Positions 38,155 to 51,043 of a stretch of 64,000 nucleotides of DNA are shown one piece after another. The notes under the pieces were generated by a model. It saw only the letters and a program-made list of their open reading frames with translations. It was not told the origin of the DNA and did not search any database. Every line of letters starts with the position of its first letter. Position 1 is the first letter of the stretch. Source of the stretch: Octopus bimaculoides (Eukaryota); contig NC_068983.1 in assembly GCF_001194135.2 (NCBI RefSeq), positions 26,580,717-26,644,716 on the forward strand, in the 5' to 3' direction. The position numbers were made by a program, and so were the translations under genes.

Positions 38155-38255
38155 AGATTTTATCGGTCCGTTTGCGGAATCGCCTAGGTAGGATGACGTA
38201 AACAAACCAACACCAGCTGCCAAGTGATGGTGGGACAAACACATACACACACGCT
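38155..38255 (-). mobile_element. SINE family C tail fragment, interrupted by the maT element
   Basis: tatcggtccgtttgcggaatcgc...gacgtaaacaaacc...caagtgatggtgggacaaacaca matches the family C tail in reverse. Confidence 0.6.
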
Positions 38256-38261
38256 TATATA

Positions 38262-39121
38262 CAGGGTGCCGTGAAGAAACTGTCGGCTACATTATGCAAA
38301 AATGAAAATAACATTGACATCTCATTTTAGCAGATACATTTACCAAAATTACATAAAAATATCTTGAAATAATAAAGAGTAAATTTATTCAGTAAAATCG
38401 GCGTTTCCTTCAACCACGACCTCCCCACAACTTCGGAATCTCCTGGAGGGTTTCTGGATGGTCTCCTTGTTTAAGTTCGTGAATGCAGCCATAATATTTG
38501 CCTTCAGTTCATCTTTCGCTTTACAAGGAGTTTTGTTGGTCTCTCTCTCAACTGCGCCCCATACATAATAATCAAGGGGATTACAGTATAGGGAGTTAGG
38601 TGGCCAGATGTTTGGGGCGATGTAGTCGCAGAAATTCTACGGACAGCCATGACTGTGTTCTCCGGCTTGTGGAGAATGGTACGGAGTCTTGTTGCCAGAC
38701 ATAGGATCTTCTAGCATTCATCCTATTGACCCAGGATAGCACTACCTCCTCAAGGCACTTGATGTAGGCCTCAGCTTTGAGTCTGATGCCGTGTGGGTAG
38801 ATGAATGGAGGCATAACGTTGCCGTCTCAAGTGATCACACCAAACACCATGAAGGTGACTAGATGTTTGATTTTTATAACACTCAGTATACACCCTCAGA
38901 TTGTACTGTCCTCAACTTGACATCGAAGCACTCTGAAATGTTCGTATTCGAACTTCCGATGCGAATGTCAAGCAGTACACTATGCCGTTGCCAAATTTCT
39001 GGCAGAGAAATTGCGTCCAACCGGCCCTATTATACTGTGTAACCGACCAAATCAAAAGTAAACAATGCTCATGCGTGTAATCAAAAATACTAAATGTCGA
39101 CAATTTACCCATCGCACCCTG
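38262..39121 (-). mobile_element. Tc1/mariner maT (DD37D) element, internally deleted, with both TIRs and TA TSD
   Basis: Ends TA|cagggtgccgtgaagaaactgtcgg and tgtcgacaatttacccatcgcaccctg|TA. Protein MVFGVIT...WQQDSVP...WPPNSLYCNPLDYYVWGAVE...; after correcting one 1-nt insertion there are 37 residues between the second and third Asp. Confidence 0.92.
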
Positions 39122-39907
39122 TATATATGTATGTATGTATATGTGTGTGTGTGTGTGTGTGTGTATGAGTTAGAGGTTAAACAACCATCTAAGTGATACT
39201 AAATATCCAATATACTACTGGGTGTATACCTACTTATTTATATCGAAATGCTTACTATTGTAGGGCAGCATAGCAGTTGAATACTAGGTATGGATGGAGG
39301 TAAAAAAGAACTATACCCAGAATTTATGAGGCCAAGAAGAAAATGGAGATGAAAATCAATCGACAAACATCAGCCTGTAGACATTTATTTATAACTATAT
39401 ATTAATTGATTGCAATCATACGCATAAGTGATCAAAATAAGCAAATCAAAATAAGCAAATAAACAAGTAAATAAATAAATAAAAATGAAAAATATTTATG
39501 TATTTAGTTATTTATCTATTTATTTACTTGTTTATTTTGGTTATTTCATTTGTTTATATCGATTACTTATCCATGTGATTGTAATCAATTAATAAATAGT
39601 TAAAATGAATATCTACAGGGTGATGTTCATCGATTGATTATCCGNNNNNNNNNNNNNNNNNNNNNNNNNNNNNNNNNNNNNNNNNNNNNNNNNNNNNNNN
39701 NNNNNNNNNNNNNNNNNNNNNNNNNNNNNNNNNNNNNNNNNNNNNNNNNNNNNNNNNNNNNNNNNNNNNNNNNNNNNNNNNNNNNNNNNNNNNNNNNNNN
39801 NNNNNNNNNNNNNNNNNNNNNNNNNNNNNNNNNNNNNNNNNNNNNNNNNNNNNNNNNNNNNNNNNNNNNNNNNNNNNNNNNNNNNTAAAGTATATATTTA
39901 AATTATG

Positions 39908-40330
39908 TCAGAAAAATGTTATGAAATCTTTTTGGTATATAAACATTGTATTTTGAGAAATACACAGAGTGTTTAAATCTTTTCTAATTTGTTCTTGTTT
40001 TAAAATGAATTCGTCGACAGTATCGTGTAGAGGAGGTTGTTGTTCATTGTTAGGTTTGTTAATGTACATTGATTTGAGGGTTGTGCATAAAAGTTGTAAA
40101 TCATTACTAACCTGATCAGTGTAGTGAGTAGTGACTTCACTGTTTATCCTTTCCCGGGCGAGAAGATTTGAGTCAGAAGACAGATGGAGGAAAAACAAGC
40201 AGAGGAATTAGGTTAACCCACAGGAAGAATGGAGAAATTGGTGACATTCGAGCGTATGCTCTTCAATAGAAACGATTGAGAGGGAAAAAAAAACGGGGAG
40301 TGAAAACAATGTTTGAGGATTAACGGTTCA
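39908..40330 (-). mobile_element. Probable Penelope-like terminal segment with a decayed hammerhead
   Basis: Minus strand CTATTGA-A-GAGC atac GCTC-GAA-TGTC (40269-40243) in a pyrimidine-rich context, followed by a 96-codon open frame of no recognisable family. Confidence 0.45.
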
Positions 40331-40460
40331 ACGAGATGCATCGGTCAGAATAAATATATATATAATTGAAGAAATTGGAGCCAGGAAGAACGAGTACGGT
40401 TGGACTTTTTTTTTTCATTATTCGCTACAATATATCAATGTTGTCTCCTGTAGTCTAAAT

Positions 40461-40653
40461 TCTTCTACATAGCACGTTTGTCGTACTTTGAATTTATTAG
40501 CGGCTCACAAAAACATTTTGCATGCCGCGAGAGCGTGTTTTTCGGGCTTCTATATATGCCATATATAGCGGCTCGACAAACGTGTTAATGCGGCACACAC
40601 GATGTATATGCGAACCGCTGATAAATTCAAACCACGACAAACAGAGTAGAAGA
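40461..40653. repeat. ~190-bp foldback (MITE-like)
   Basis: Arm 40461-40508 (tcttctac...gtttgtcgtactttgaatttattagcggctc) is an inverted match to arm 40611-40653. Internal gcggctc/gcggca repeats are present. Confidence 0.7.
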
Positions 40654-40939
40654 TTCTAAAGTAACGGAGAGAACACACATATATCACCCAAGGAAATACA
40701 ACTAGATTTCATTATGCAAACAGACAGTTGCATAATCAAGAACATGTACTCATGGAAAACTACGTTGCATCGAAAGAATTATAGCGAATGACTCAAGTTT
40801 CTTCAATTTTATATTGAATGTCCAAATGGAAATTTTAAGTGCTACGAAGGACTGCGCTTAGACTCCTTGTCGAATAGTCTGAGGCGGGTCTTGTGTGATC
40901 TTGTATATGTTAAATAAAATGGGATAAGGCCAAGGCAGT

Positions 40940-41791
40940 TCTATACTTAAGAGATGAGGAATGATGTACAATGTTTACATTATTTGCATTTGACGGATAT
41001 TTGTCCTCATCTTGTTTGTTGTTAACACAATGTTATGGCTGATATACCCTCCAGACTTCATCAGGTGTCTTCGATTCTCATTCCTAAGTTATTTTTCGAT
41101 TTTATTATTATTATTATTATTAACGCCTCCCCCAAAATTTCAGTCCTTGTGCCTATAACGGAAATTATTATCATTCTTATTATCATTATTATCAGTATTA
41201 TTAAAATTTCCATTATTATCGTTATTATTATTATTATTATTCAAGTCACTGCTTGGAATCGAACTTGGAATATTGGGGTTTAGTAGCCCGCGCTCTTAAC
41301 CACTACGCCATATGCCCGTTGGCAATTATGGAGTGAATTTTAGGGCATATAAATCTTATATTTTCCTATCCTTCCTTAATACCGGTTCCCATATGTTACT
41401 CATATCTGCAAAGGAGGTTGTTGTGTCCTAGCATGTGTGCTACTTCTTTTAGTTTTCGTATTTTCTAGTGGTGTTCTCTGTCTATTATTTTAACTTCATG
41501 TCACAGGGGAAGGCGGTCTCCATTTTTCCATACATGATCAACTATACCCGATTTATCAATATATCCACGTGTCACAACTTTGCAATGTTCTTCTACCCTT
41601 ATTTAGAGGGAGTGACATGTTTCGCCTTTTTATAACCTACCGCAGCTGCATGTGATGGAGTACATGCAGTCTTAAGTCATATTTTCTTCTAATGGTCGTT
41701 TTATTCCGAAAGGATACAAAAGATATGCGGCCCATATGACGTCAGGACATTATTCAAGAGTAATACAACAATTCGCAAACATCTCCTACAT
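40940..41791 (-). mobile_element. Penelope-like element 3' portion: inverted linker piece, GIY-YIG endonuclease, tRNA-like segment, (AAT)n, hammerhead-bearing tail
   Basis: 41701-41350 (-): KRPLEENMT*DCMYSITCSCGRL*KGETCHSL*IRVEEHCK...KSGIVDHVWK...EVKIIDREHH*KIRKLKEVAHML. The tail at 41100-40940 matches 56700-56855. Confidence 0.9.
41244..41317 (-). promoter_or_regulatory. tRNA-like internal Pol III promoter (A and B boxes), pseudo-tRNA most similar to tRNA-Thr as recalled
   Basis: gggcatatggcgtagtggttaagagcgcgggctactaaaccccaatattccaagttcgattccaagcagtgact. A box TGGCGTAGTGG and B box GTTCGATTCC. The stems pair poorly, so this is not a functional tRNA. Confidence 0.75.
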
Positions 41792-42123
41792 TTACCACCA
41801 TCTATAACTCCTTTTTTTCTTTTCACTTTCTCTTTCCTCTTTCCTCCCCTAATATGTTTGACCAATACCATTTTTCTTACTTCTAACATACTTATCTATT
41901 CTCTTCTCTCTATCTACTTCCTCCTACCAGTATATTCTCAAAATTTCATTTTCACTACAAGATCCATTTGAAATAACAAATGTGATTGTGTCTCTTTGCC
42001 TATCATTCTGTGCGTGTGAATGTTTGTATCTTTCTCTCTCCTCTCTGTCTTCTCACTCCCCTCTGTCTTCTCTCTCCCTTTCTCTGTATATATATATATG
42101 TGTGTGAATGTGTGTGTGTGTGT

Positions 42124-42169
<46 letters not shown>

Positions 42170-42254
42170 ACAGGAAACGTCTTTACCCATTCAACACAAC
42201 ACATTCCTTGGATTATTTGACAACAACTCTCACATCCTACATATATTTTTATCT

Positions 42255-42291
42255 CTAACCCTAACCCTAACCCTAACCCTAGCCCTAACCC
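42255..42291. repeat. Interstitial telomeric-type repeat (CCCTAA)6 with one variant unit
   Basis: ctaacc x4, ctagcc, ctaacc is directly visible. Confidence 0.9.
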
Positions 42292-42965
42292 AAAATAACT
42301 TTTTATATAATGAACTCTACTATTCCTTTTTATTGAAACTCTCTCATATCATCTCTGATTATGGGATATCTTTAATATCCTGAAACAGTTTTAAGACTAT
42401 CTTTCTCTTTATAAATGTCCTGGAAATATCACACTGTCTTCGCTTTGTTATCTAATTGTATTTAACCCACACAACACAACACACACATACATATAGAGAA
42501 AAAGAGAGAGAGAGGAGAGAGAGGCAGAATGCAGACAGGCAGATAGGCACACGCACAGGCAGACAAGCGTCAAACACAAGTACAGATAGACGGAAAAGTC
42601 ATGTGTGTTGTGTTCCCCACGCTACCGTCTACCAACTCACTCAAATCTTTTAACATCTGTTTGCTTTGGTCAGTGGACTGCTACAATGCTGGTGCACCGC
42701 GTTGAAGAATTTCAGTAAAACCTCACACAGTAGGATTCGAACTAAAAGCATGTTATTGAAATCTATTTTCTTAACCACATACCTATGTTTGCACGTTTGT
42801 GGCTTTATAAATATCACCTTATGCAAAAGTATAGGATCTAGCAATTGTAATCGAATGATTTAAAACAATTCATTGTAAATATTTTCTAAAAAAAAATGAA
42901 GTATAAATATACATATATGCATGTATATTTATAATTATGTATATTTAGAAATGAATATATAAATA

Positions 42966-43342
42966 CGGAGGCGCAATGGCCTAGTGGTTAGGGCAGCGGA
43001 CTCGCAGTTTCGATTCTCAGACCCGGCGTTGTAAGTGTTTATTGAGCGAAAACACCTAAAGCCCCACGAGGTTCCGGCAGGGGATGGTGGTGAACCCTGC
43101 TGTACTCTTTCACCACAACTTTCTCTCACTCTTACTTCCTGTTTCTGTTATGCCTGTATTTCAAAGGGGCCAGCCTTGTCACACTCTGTGTCACGCTGAA
43201 TATCCCCGAGCACTACGTTAAGGGTACACGTGCCTGTGGAGTGTTCAGCCACTTGCACGTTAATTTCACAAGCAGGCTGTTCCGTTGATCGGATCAACTG
43301 GAACCCTCGACGTCGTAAGCGACGGAGTGCCAACAACAACAA
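42966..43342 (+). mobile_element. SINE family B, full length
   Basis: Closely collinear with 11087-11477 and ends in a (CAA)n tail. Confidence 0.9.
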
Positions 43343-44850
43343 TATAAATACACACATACGTTCGTACACACATATGTACGCACAAATATTAACTTGCGTT
43401 GCGTAAATATATGCTTAAACATATACACATATACACGTATACGCAAACATATGTGTGTATGTGTTTCTCACTGCATATATGTCTGTCGTGTGTTTGTGAC
43501 TATCTCTAAATGCTCATTATAAAATACGACACAAGTGTAATTAGTTGCCTCGAATGATCATTAGATTCTTTGAAACTATATTGTAATTAGACCAGATATT
43601 AGATGAATAGTAATGTATGAATGTAAAGTGTAATATAGTCGATTTGGTTTTAACACTGTGGCTGATATATTTTTGGACATCAGAAAATTAGTTTGAAACA
43701 ATACGGGGACACTGAGAATGTGTTTTAATATAAAACAATGAAAGTTCCAGATTCATAGTGTTAATGTTATTCATAGAAACTATGTCTGAAATCGATTCTT
43801 CTATGCTAGAACACATAATAACTTAATTTATGTAGCATGTGCTCCTTTCTTGCCTCAATTTAATTAAATTGTAATTTATGTGTTGCGGAAATGCAACAGA
43901 AGAAAAAATAACAATGCACTGGATTTCCAGTCGAGAGTTTTTTTGACATGATTCTATCAATTAATGTAACACATGTTTGGAAGAATTTGACATAATGAAG
44001 AAAATCATATAATTTCCGATTACGGTCAAAATCAGTCATCAGAAGGAATTATCCGAACGTTAGTGTTTGGTTCACTACACTCAGCATAATTTTTCTTAAT
44101 TTCAAAGATATATTTTAAAAGAATCTTTTTTCAAATTGTTTCTTGTTAACAGGAAATAAACAAATAGAAAAGGATTTTGTCAGCTAAAAATATGCGTAAA
44201 CGTTCGATGAAATGTATCAAATTAGTAACAATTTAAATGAATATTTTAATATGGTTCCATATATATAATTGGTTGTATGGCAAAACAGAATAGCTCACAC
44301 ATCAATGAGTATAAATACTTTCATACGAACCAATTAAATTCACTCAAATCTTCTTCAATTCTAGAAAGATAATATCTCTGATACACAATATCAGACACAT
44401 TTGTAAAAAATTCAATATCTTAATATTTCTGGTCTCTATCACGTGATACAGAGTAAGTATTTCTTTTTAAAAATGTTTTACGTATCGGACCTTTGCAAAT
44501 GATACAGCTATAAATATTATGTTTTTGAAATATAGTCTCCCTTCCTCCAAATTATGCGTTTTCTATGTTTTTTTTTTTAATGTCACTTTTTCGATATTCT
44601 CACGAGATTTTATATTATACTGAGCTAATGCGAACCTCATAGTCTTATATAAGCAATTACAGACTTAACATTTTTGTTATTTATGTAGTTCATTGGGTAA
44701 ACTGTTTGTAAATTAAAACTTTTACAAATAGAATCACTAACCTGATATTTGAAATAAGTTAAGAACACTGAAAATATATTCCAAATGTCTGTATAAAAAG
44801 AGCATATACTATTTTTATGATTTTAGCACAAAATGCATAAATATGATAGC

Positions 44851-44945
44851 AATTTTATGCAAATTTAAAAATAATATACTATAAAACCCAATTCTATGCA
44901 AACCTTAATATAATATAGTACCAATTCTACGCAAACTTTAAAAAA
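44851..44945. repeat. Degenerate ~35-bp minisatellite, three units
   Basis: aatt(t/c)ta(t/c)gcaaa recurs three times at roughly even spacing. Confidence 0.6.
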
Positions 44946-45486
44946 TTGCACATACATTTATAAATAATATTCTTTTCCACGTTCAACAGAAATTGCTCGG
45001 TAATTATACTGTGATTATCGTTATATCACCTTAATACACATCGAAATATACGCTCCTTAGATGTTTATGAGATTAACACTGTAAGATTTCACGTTATTTT
45101 ATAAGCATTAGATAAAAAGGTCTCAACTAACAATGAAAAGAACATTGGCAGGGACAAATGAAACTAAGTTTTAAATTTGTTTCCTAATATTCTTCGAAGA
45201 GAAAAATAATCCACGATATTGTCCTGTGAGATATGTTACTGCAAAAAATATCGTTTTCAGATTTGTTCAAGGCAGTCTTTTCTAAGGATGACATCGTGGT
45301 TTGAATTACAAGGAACATCATGCCACATAGAAAAGGTCATATCTTTCTGACATTTTGTGGATGCTATTGATTATGTTTGCAATGATATTCAGAAAATCGA
45401 CCTTTTCGATCGCATCATAGATGCTTAAGAATATCATTCTTTCATTCATCGGGAACCTCACGTACATGTGTGTGTGTGTGCGTGTG

Positions 45487-45532
<46 letters not shown>

Positions 45533-48500
45533 TAACAAGATACACAGAGGTATGTGCGTGCATAAATGTTTATCTCAGAGTGTATGAGCATCTTATTGTT
45601 TTTTAAGCAATACTTTAATCACATGTGTCTTTCGTTAACGGACAATGTCATATTCTATACATGATTTTTATCACAAATTGATATTCATTTTATGTTCTTC
45701 GTAATTACAGAAATTTACTTTTAACACCAACACATTCACAATTCAAATAGATGTTAAGACGGTTTTTTTTTTCTTTTTTGCAATATCCAGAACAAAGAAG
45801 CTGTACAACAACATCCCACATAATAATATCAAACATAATTGAATTCTTCGGATGTAGCTTGGAAAATGTAGTTATTGTGTTATTTTACGACTACGAACCT
45901 TCAAAGATATACACTGTAGTGAGAAAACATAACGCATTTATGAATAAAATATTAAAACCCAGACGTAACTGGAAATCGAATAAGTGTTTCCCCGGCAGTT
46001 TCTATGATTTTTTCGTAATGCAAATTTTTTTTGAGATATTAAACGTATTCCAGACTTGTTTATTGTACAAAATGTTGCATTGCATATAGTTTCACTTTAT
46101 AGTAACAAGTAATTTAATTACCTTTCAGAGTACATAACGTCTAACGCAAGACGTATAACACGATAGATCATGTGATAAATTACTACTACCTTTCTAAAAT
46201 CCCAAGCTAGTCATTAGGAAGGTCCATATATATAAAATATACCTCGAGGTATCGTGTCAAATACGCAATAATTAAATGTATATAAATGTATATATATGTA
46301 TATGCATATATATGTGTATGAGTGAGCGTGTTTATGTGTGCTTGTATTTCCAAGATTTATTAAGATTTATAAATACATACATCATACATACATATACATA
46401 TGTGTGTGTGCGCGCGCGCCCCCGTGTGTGTGTGAAAGTATATATGTATATACGTTTGTAAGGTGTAACTTGTCTTGAGTGTAATCAAAATTTTGAACTT
46501 TTTGAAAAATTAGTTAACTTTTCTAAGAATCATAAAAGAAATGTCATGAACTTTAGAAAATAGAACACTGATTTCAAATATGTGTTTACTTAATACAGAA
46601 ACCAAATGTCAGTGTTAAATATTTCTACAAATTTCAATAAGAATGTCTGATATGAGCATCGATTTAATAATTATAACAACGACAATGTAATTTATTCGAT
46701 GGAATACTTTTATACATGAGTGGATACCTGATGATTCATAATCTTATTGTACGTCACAAGTTCTTCAATGATTTGGCATCAGATAACAGCTCAGAATAAC
46801 AATTACCACACTTGGTATGGTTCACTATTAAGATGTCAAAGGTAGGTCATGTGTTGCAAATCATGGCTTTCGCAGATAATTAATTCTGCATCTGTTTCAT
46901 TTGTACTTAAAATAGAAAATGTTCTGAGAATAGTAGGACCTCTCTTTTATTGAACAGTCAATGGTATGAAATGTAAAGTAGTTGAAAACATCAGAGATGT
47001 AAAGCAACATAACAAATTTTATGTCAAATTTTGATTTTGTTGCTTTTATAATTGTATATTACGGGCTCTGAACAATAATATTTTTATTTCCGGTTTATAA
47101 ACCTTGCGTTTAGTATGTACATTAACAATATTTATGCATGCATTACGTCTCAGTAAGTGAGAACTCTAAAATGTTTCCGTTATATTATTATCAGTAGTAA
47201 TTTATAGCATTTATAGTAATTTATAGTAATTTATAGCATTTAGATGAAAAATAAACCTAACCTTCCATTCCGGCTGCTAAAACATACCATGCAGAAAAAC
47301 TCTGCTTGATTATCGTAGATTGAAATGAGCTGAGCAAAAACGGGGATGTAATGTTTTAAAATATGCACTGTAAATGTGGTAAATACTTTATAAAAATATC
47401 AAATATCAGATATGTGCATGCGTCAGATATGTGTGTGTGATTGTTTTTGTGTGTGTGCTTGTGTGCGTATGTGTACATGCATACATTACGAAGTTTATAC
47501 TATTGTGATGAAATGAAATAGGCATTACTGATAGTTGAAGAGTGCAAAAATATCTAAATATTTAGTACGAGAATTTGAACCTGTGAAATCCCTACCTTAT
47601 ACATTGCGTTAATTAATTACTTAGGCCAGGCGATATGCAAATATTTTATAGAATTGTGTATATTCTATTGACGCTATTTTAATGTTTTAAACTTCAGAAA
47701 TTGAAAGTCAACATAGACAAAATTAATACGGATAATTCATTTCTCATATTTTATTTTTTTTAAATACAACAAAAGTCTTCTTATTCTCGAGTTATTAGCA
47801 AACAAAACGTGTCTACAAAATGTCTCGTCTCTTAGTGTATACATTTAACTATATCTGAATTATAAACGCATTCTAAATGTCTTACTGATATGCATATTGA
47901 TTTTATGACTGATTTGTATCTCTATCAATATTTATTTCAAATCTCTTAATATTGAACTGGAATATATTAAACTATTGTCATATAGAAGGATATCAAATCA
48001 TTGAGCAAAGTTTATTTTCATATTAAATTTCAAATGGTTTATTCTAGTATTAGAATAACTTGTTGTCTAGGAACCTATTGCATTGGCGTTTATCANNNNN
48101 NNNNNATATATGCATGTGTATGCATATATGTATGTATGTACATGTATGTATGTACATGTATGTATGTACATGTATGTACATGTATGTATGTGTATGTACA
48201 TGTATGTATGTATGTATAAATATATATTCATAGTTTCACATCTAAGATATAGCTAAATTACATGATATTTCTCTTATACGCTAGGTAGTCTATCAAAAAA
48301 TAAAACGCTATTGGCCATGGCAATGTTACCATAGATTGAAATATAGGAAGATAGCTAATGTTCTATAAAGTTCAGGATATGGATCTCCTGCATTTCATAA
48401 ATGATTGAGAATAGACGCAATTGTAGGCTTTATGAATTAGTATTGCTATTCTTTTTAGTTGTTGTTTCTGTGTCTGAGATCAGTCCAACTCTAGAGTGAG

Positions 48501-50694
48501 GCAGTATATATAGATGACCGGTAATTATTAGATGTTAATTAAGTTGTAATTTAAATTATACAAACCCTTCATATATGATAATTATTATATTAAATGAACA
48601 CATTTATAATTAACAGATATCATATTATTCTTGTCAATGTGATTATGCATTCCATTTGAAATAAATGATACCAAATATTAAATTCATCCTTATTACTGAA
48701 TAACGGAAAATTGAAATAAATTTGGTGAGAGAATTGATATTCATTTTTAACTTGTATGTTATGCCAGGAAATAAGAGGTGGGTTACCAGCAATCTAGTCA
48801 ACCACATTTCTTCTCTGGTATCGACCTCGGAAATAAGCTGTAACTAGAGTTTTGCAACTCATCGTGTCCAGTGAAATACTTAAATACTTCAAGGTATTTT
48901 GTCATGCTCTTTACCTGTTATTCCAGTCATTTCATCGTTGTGCAACACAGTAATTTTCAAAAGATTGAGCACTCTTTCATTGTCTTTATCTCTCCCATTA
49001 TATATTTTCGCCAAATAAGTGGTGACGACTAATGACTGACCAATGAATTGTAGCGCAACAATCTCATATCATTTCTAAATTCACTCATACTGGACTAAGG
49101 TGTACTTTCTATTCGATGTCTCACTCATCTTGTACATACAGAATTATTCTTAACATATTAGGAATGTTAATTTGTATCTTTAAAATGGGGGAACGATTAA
49201 TATTATGTATAGTACGCAGTAGTTAATGTTAAATGTGTGCTTGGTCCCCGGTTCGTATCTGCATTTCCACATTCCTCTCATCAATATATATTTTAATACA
49301 GGTATTCTTTTTACCTTTCTTTTTTCTTCTCTGTTTTTTCCCCCCATCTAATCATTTTCCCGTTCGTCAACATGTTACGAACGGGAAAGGGAATGGAAGT
49401 AACCAGAGGAGACAGGAGATTTTATCAGATAGCTTCAGTAATGCTGCTCAAACAACAGGACAGGTTATTCTGTAGACATGATCACACTAGGAGCCATTAT
49501 TTCAAACGACTGCAATCATAGCACATAAAGGGAAAGAGAGTAAGACAGAAAGGGGAACAGAATATAGGAGAGATTTTGAAAGAGGGAAAGAAGGAAGAAG
49601 AACAGAAGAGAAGGGGAGAATGAGTTAGGAAGAGATATATTTCTATATTATGCCTAAGTGGCAGTGCATTACGGAATAAACAGAACTTAGGAAAGATCAT
49701 GTAATATATAACTACTATAAGGTCCCACGGATTGCTATCATGCGTTTGGGGGTTGATAAAACAAATGATTCTTTTATTCGACCGTTCATTACCACTGCAG
49801 TTACCTCAATTTTCAGATTACGCGTATGCCATTCTATATTGTATTTGTAATTAGAAGCGTTATCTGCAAATAAATACTGAAACCATGTTATTTCCAAGAA
49901 TATATTCTCTGTGATATAATATAATGTACACATATACAGAAACACATACATATATGGGTGTGTGTCAGCGTGTACATTAGTGTATGCTTGTGTGTGTGTG
50001 AGTATGGTTATGTGTAGAGTGAGTCTGTGCGTTATTGTTCATTTTCATAGCCTCTAGCAAAATGTCAGTTAATATTTGGAGAGTTTGTGGAACATAAGTT
50101 ACATATTTGATTTAATTAAATTCAAATAAAGAATATAATTTAAATCTATGTTTATTTTACTAGATAATTTTCATTTAAGTCAAGTTTACACCACATTCAA
50201 CTCATTTGATTCCTGTTTTCTGTGAATTCAAATTTAGAATGTATATATATTTTATTGGATAACAAAATTGCGTTTATTTTATAGAATATTGCTTCGTTTG
50301 CTTTTTCCGACATCGTTTCTATTCCTGTGTCAAGTAACAGTGTAACAAAGAATGTTAAGGCACCAAGTAATATTAGTTAAACATTTATATTTTCGACAAA
50401 TGTATCATATTTAGAAGTCAATGGAAACACGTGATTTCAATATGTTGTTTTGTTTGCATAGATTGACAATATAGTGAGTATCTTAAGATAGTTTGTCACG
50501 AATATACAACATACTTAATTCGATTAACTATATCCCAATATATATTAATGAATGTATAGACGTGCGTGTATGTGCGGGTATTTGTGTGTATGTGTGCACG
50601 AGTTCAAGTGTGTATGTGCATGTGTGTGTGTGTGTGCGTGTGTGTGTGTGTGTGTGTGCATCATGCTTTCTAATACAAGATCAGTTTTATCCTT

Positions 50695-50888
50695 TATCTT
50701 TTATTCATTTCCGTGATCGGATTTCGACCATGCTTTGGCACCGCCAACGAGAATTTTAGTCTCACAGCTACCTACACAGGTATCTATTTTTATCGAAGCC
50801 TGGTACTTATACTATTCCACTCTTTTACCGAACCGNNNNNNNNNNNNNNNNNNNNNNNNNNNNNNNNNNNNNNNNNNNNNNNNNNNNN

Positions 50889-50936
<48 letters not shown>

Positions 50937-51043
50937 GATGGGTTTCGGCTAGGCCCGAGTCTGTCGTAAAAACACGCAGTGGGACTGAACCCAGAACTAT
51001 CTTGTTGGGAAGCAAACTACTTACCGTACATCCGCGCCTGCCC
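50695..51043 (-). mobile_element. SINE family C, degenerate, split by a gap
   Basis: Head cacgcagtgggactgaaccc...gcaaactacttacc and tail atttcgaccatgct..gcaccgcc...ttttaccgaaccg. Confidence 0.7.

Noticed and set aside
44005-44050. CTGATGA...GAAA hammerhead-like spacing on the minus strand
   Set aside because: Both would-be stem I strands are pyrimidine-rich and cannot pair.
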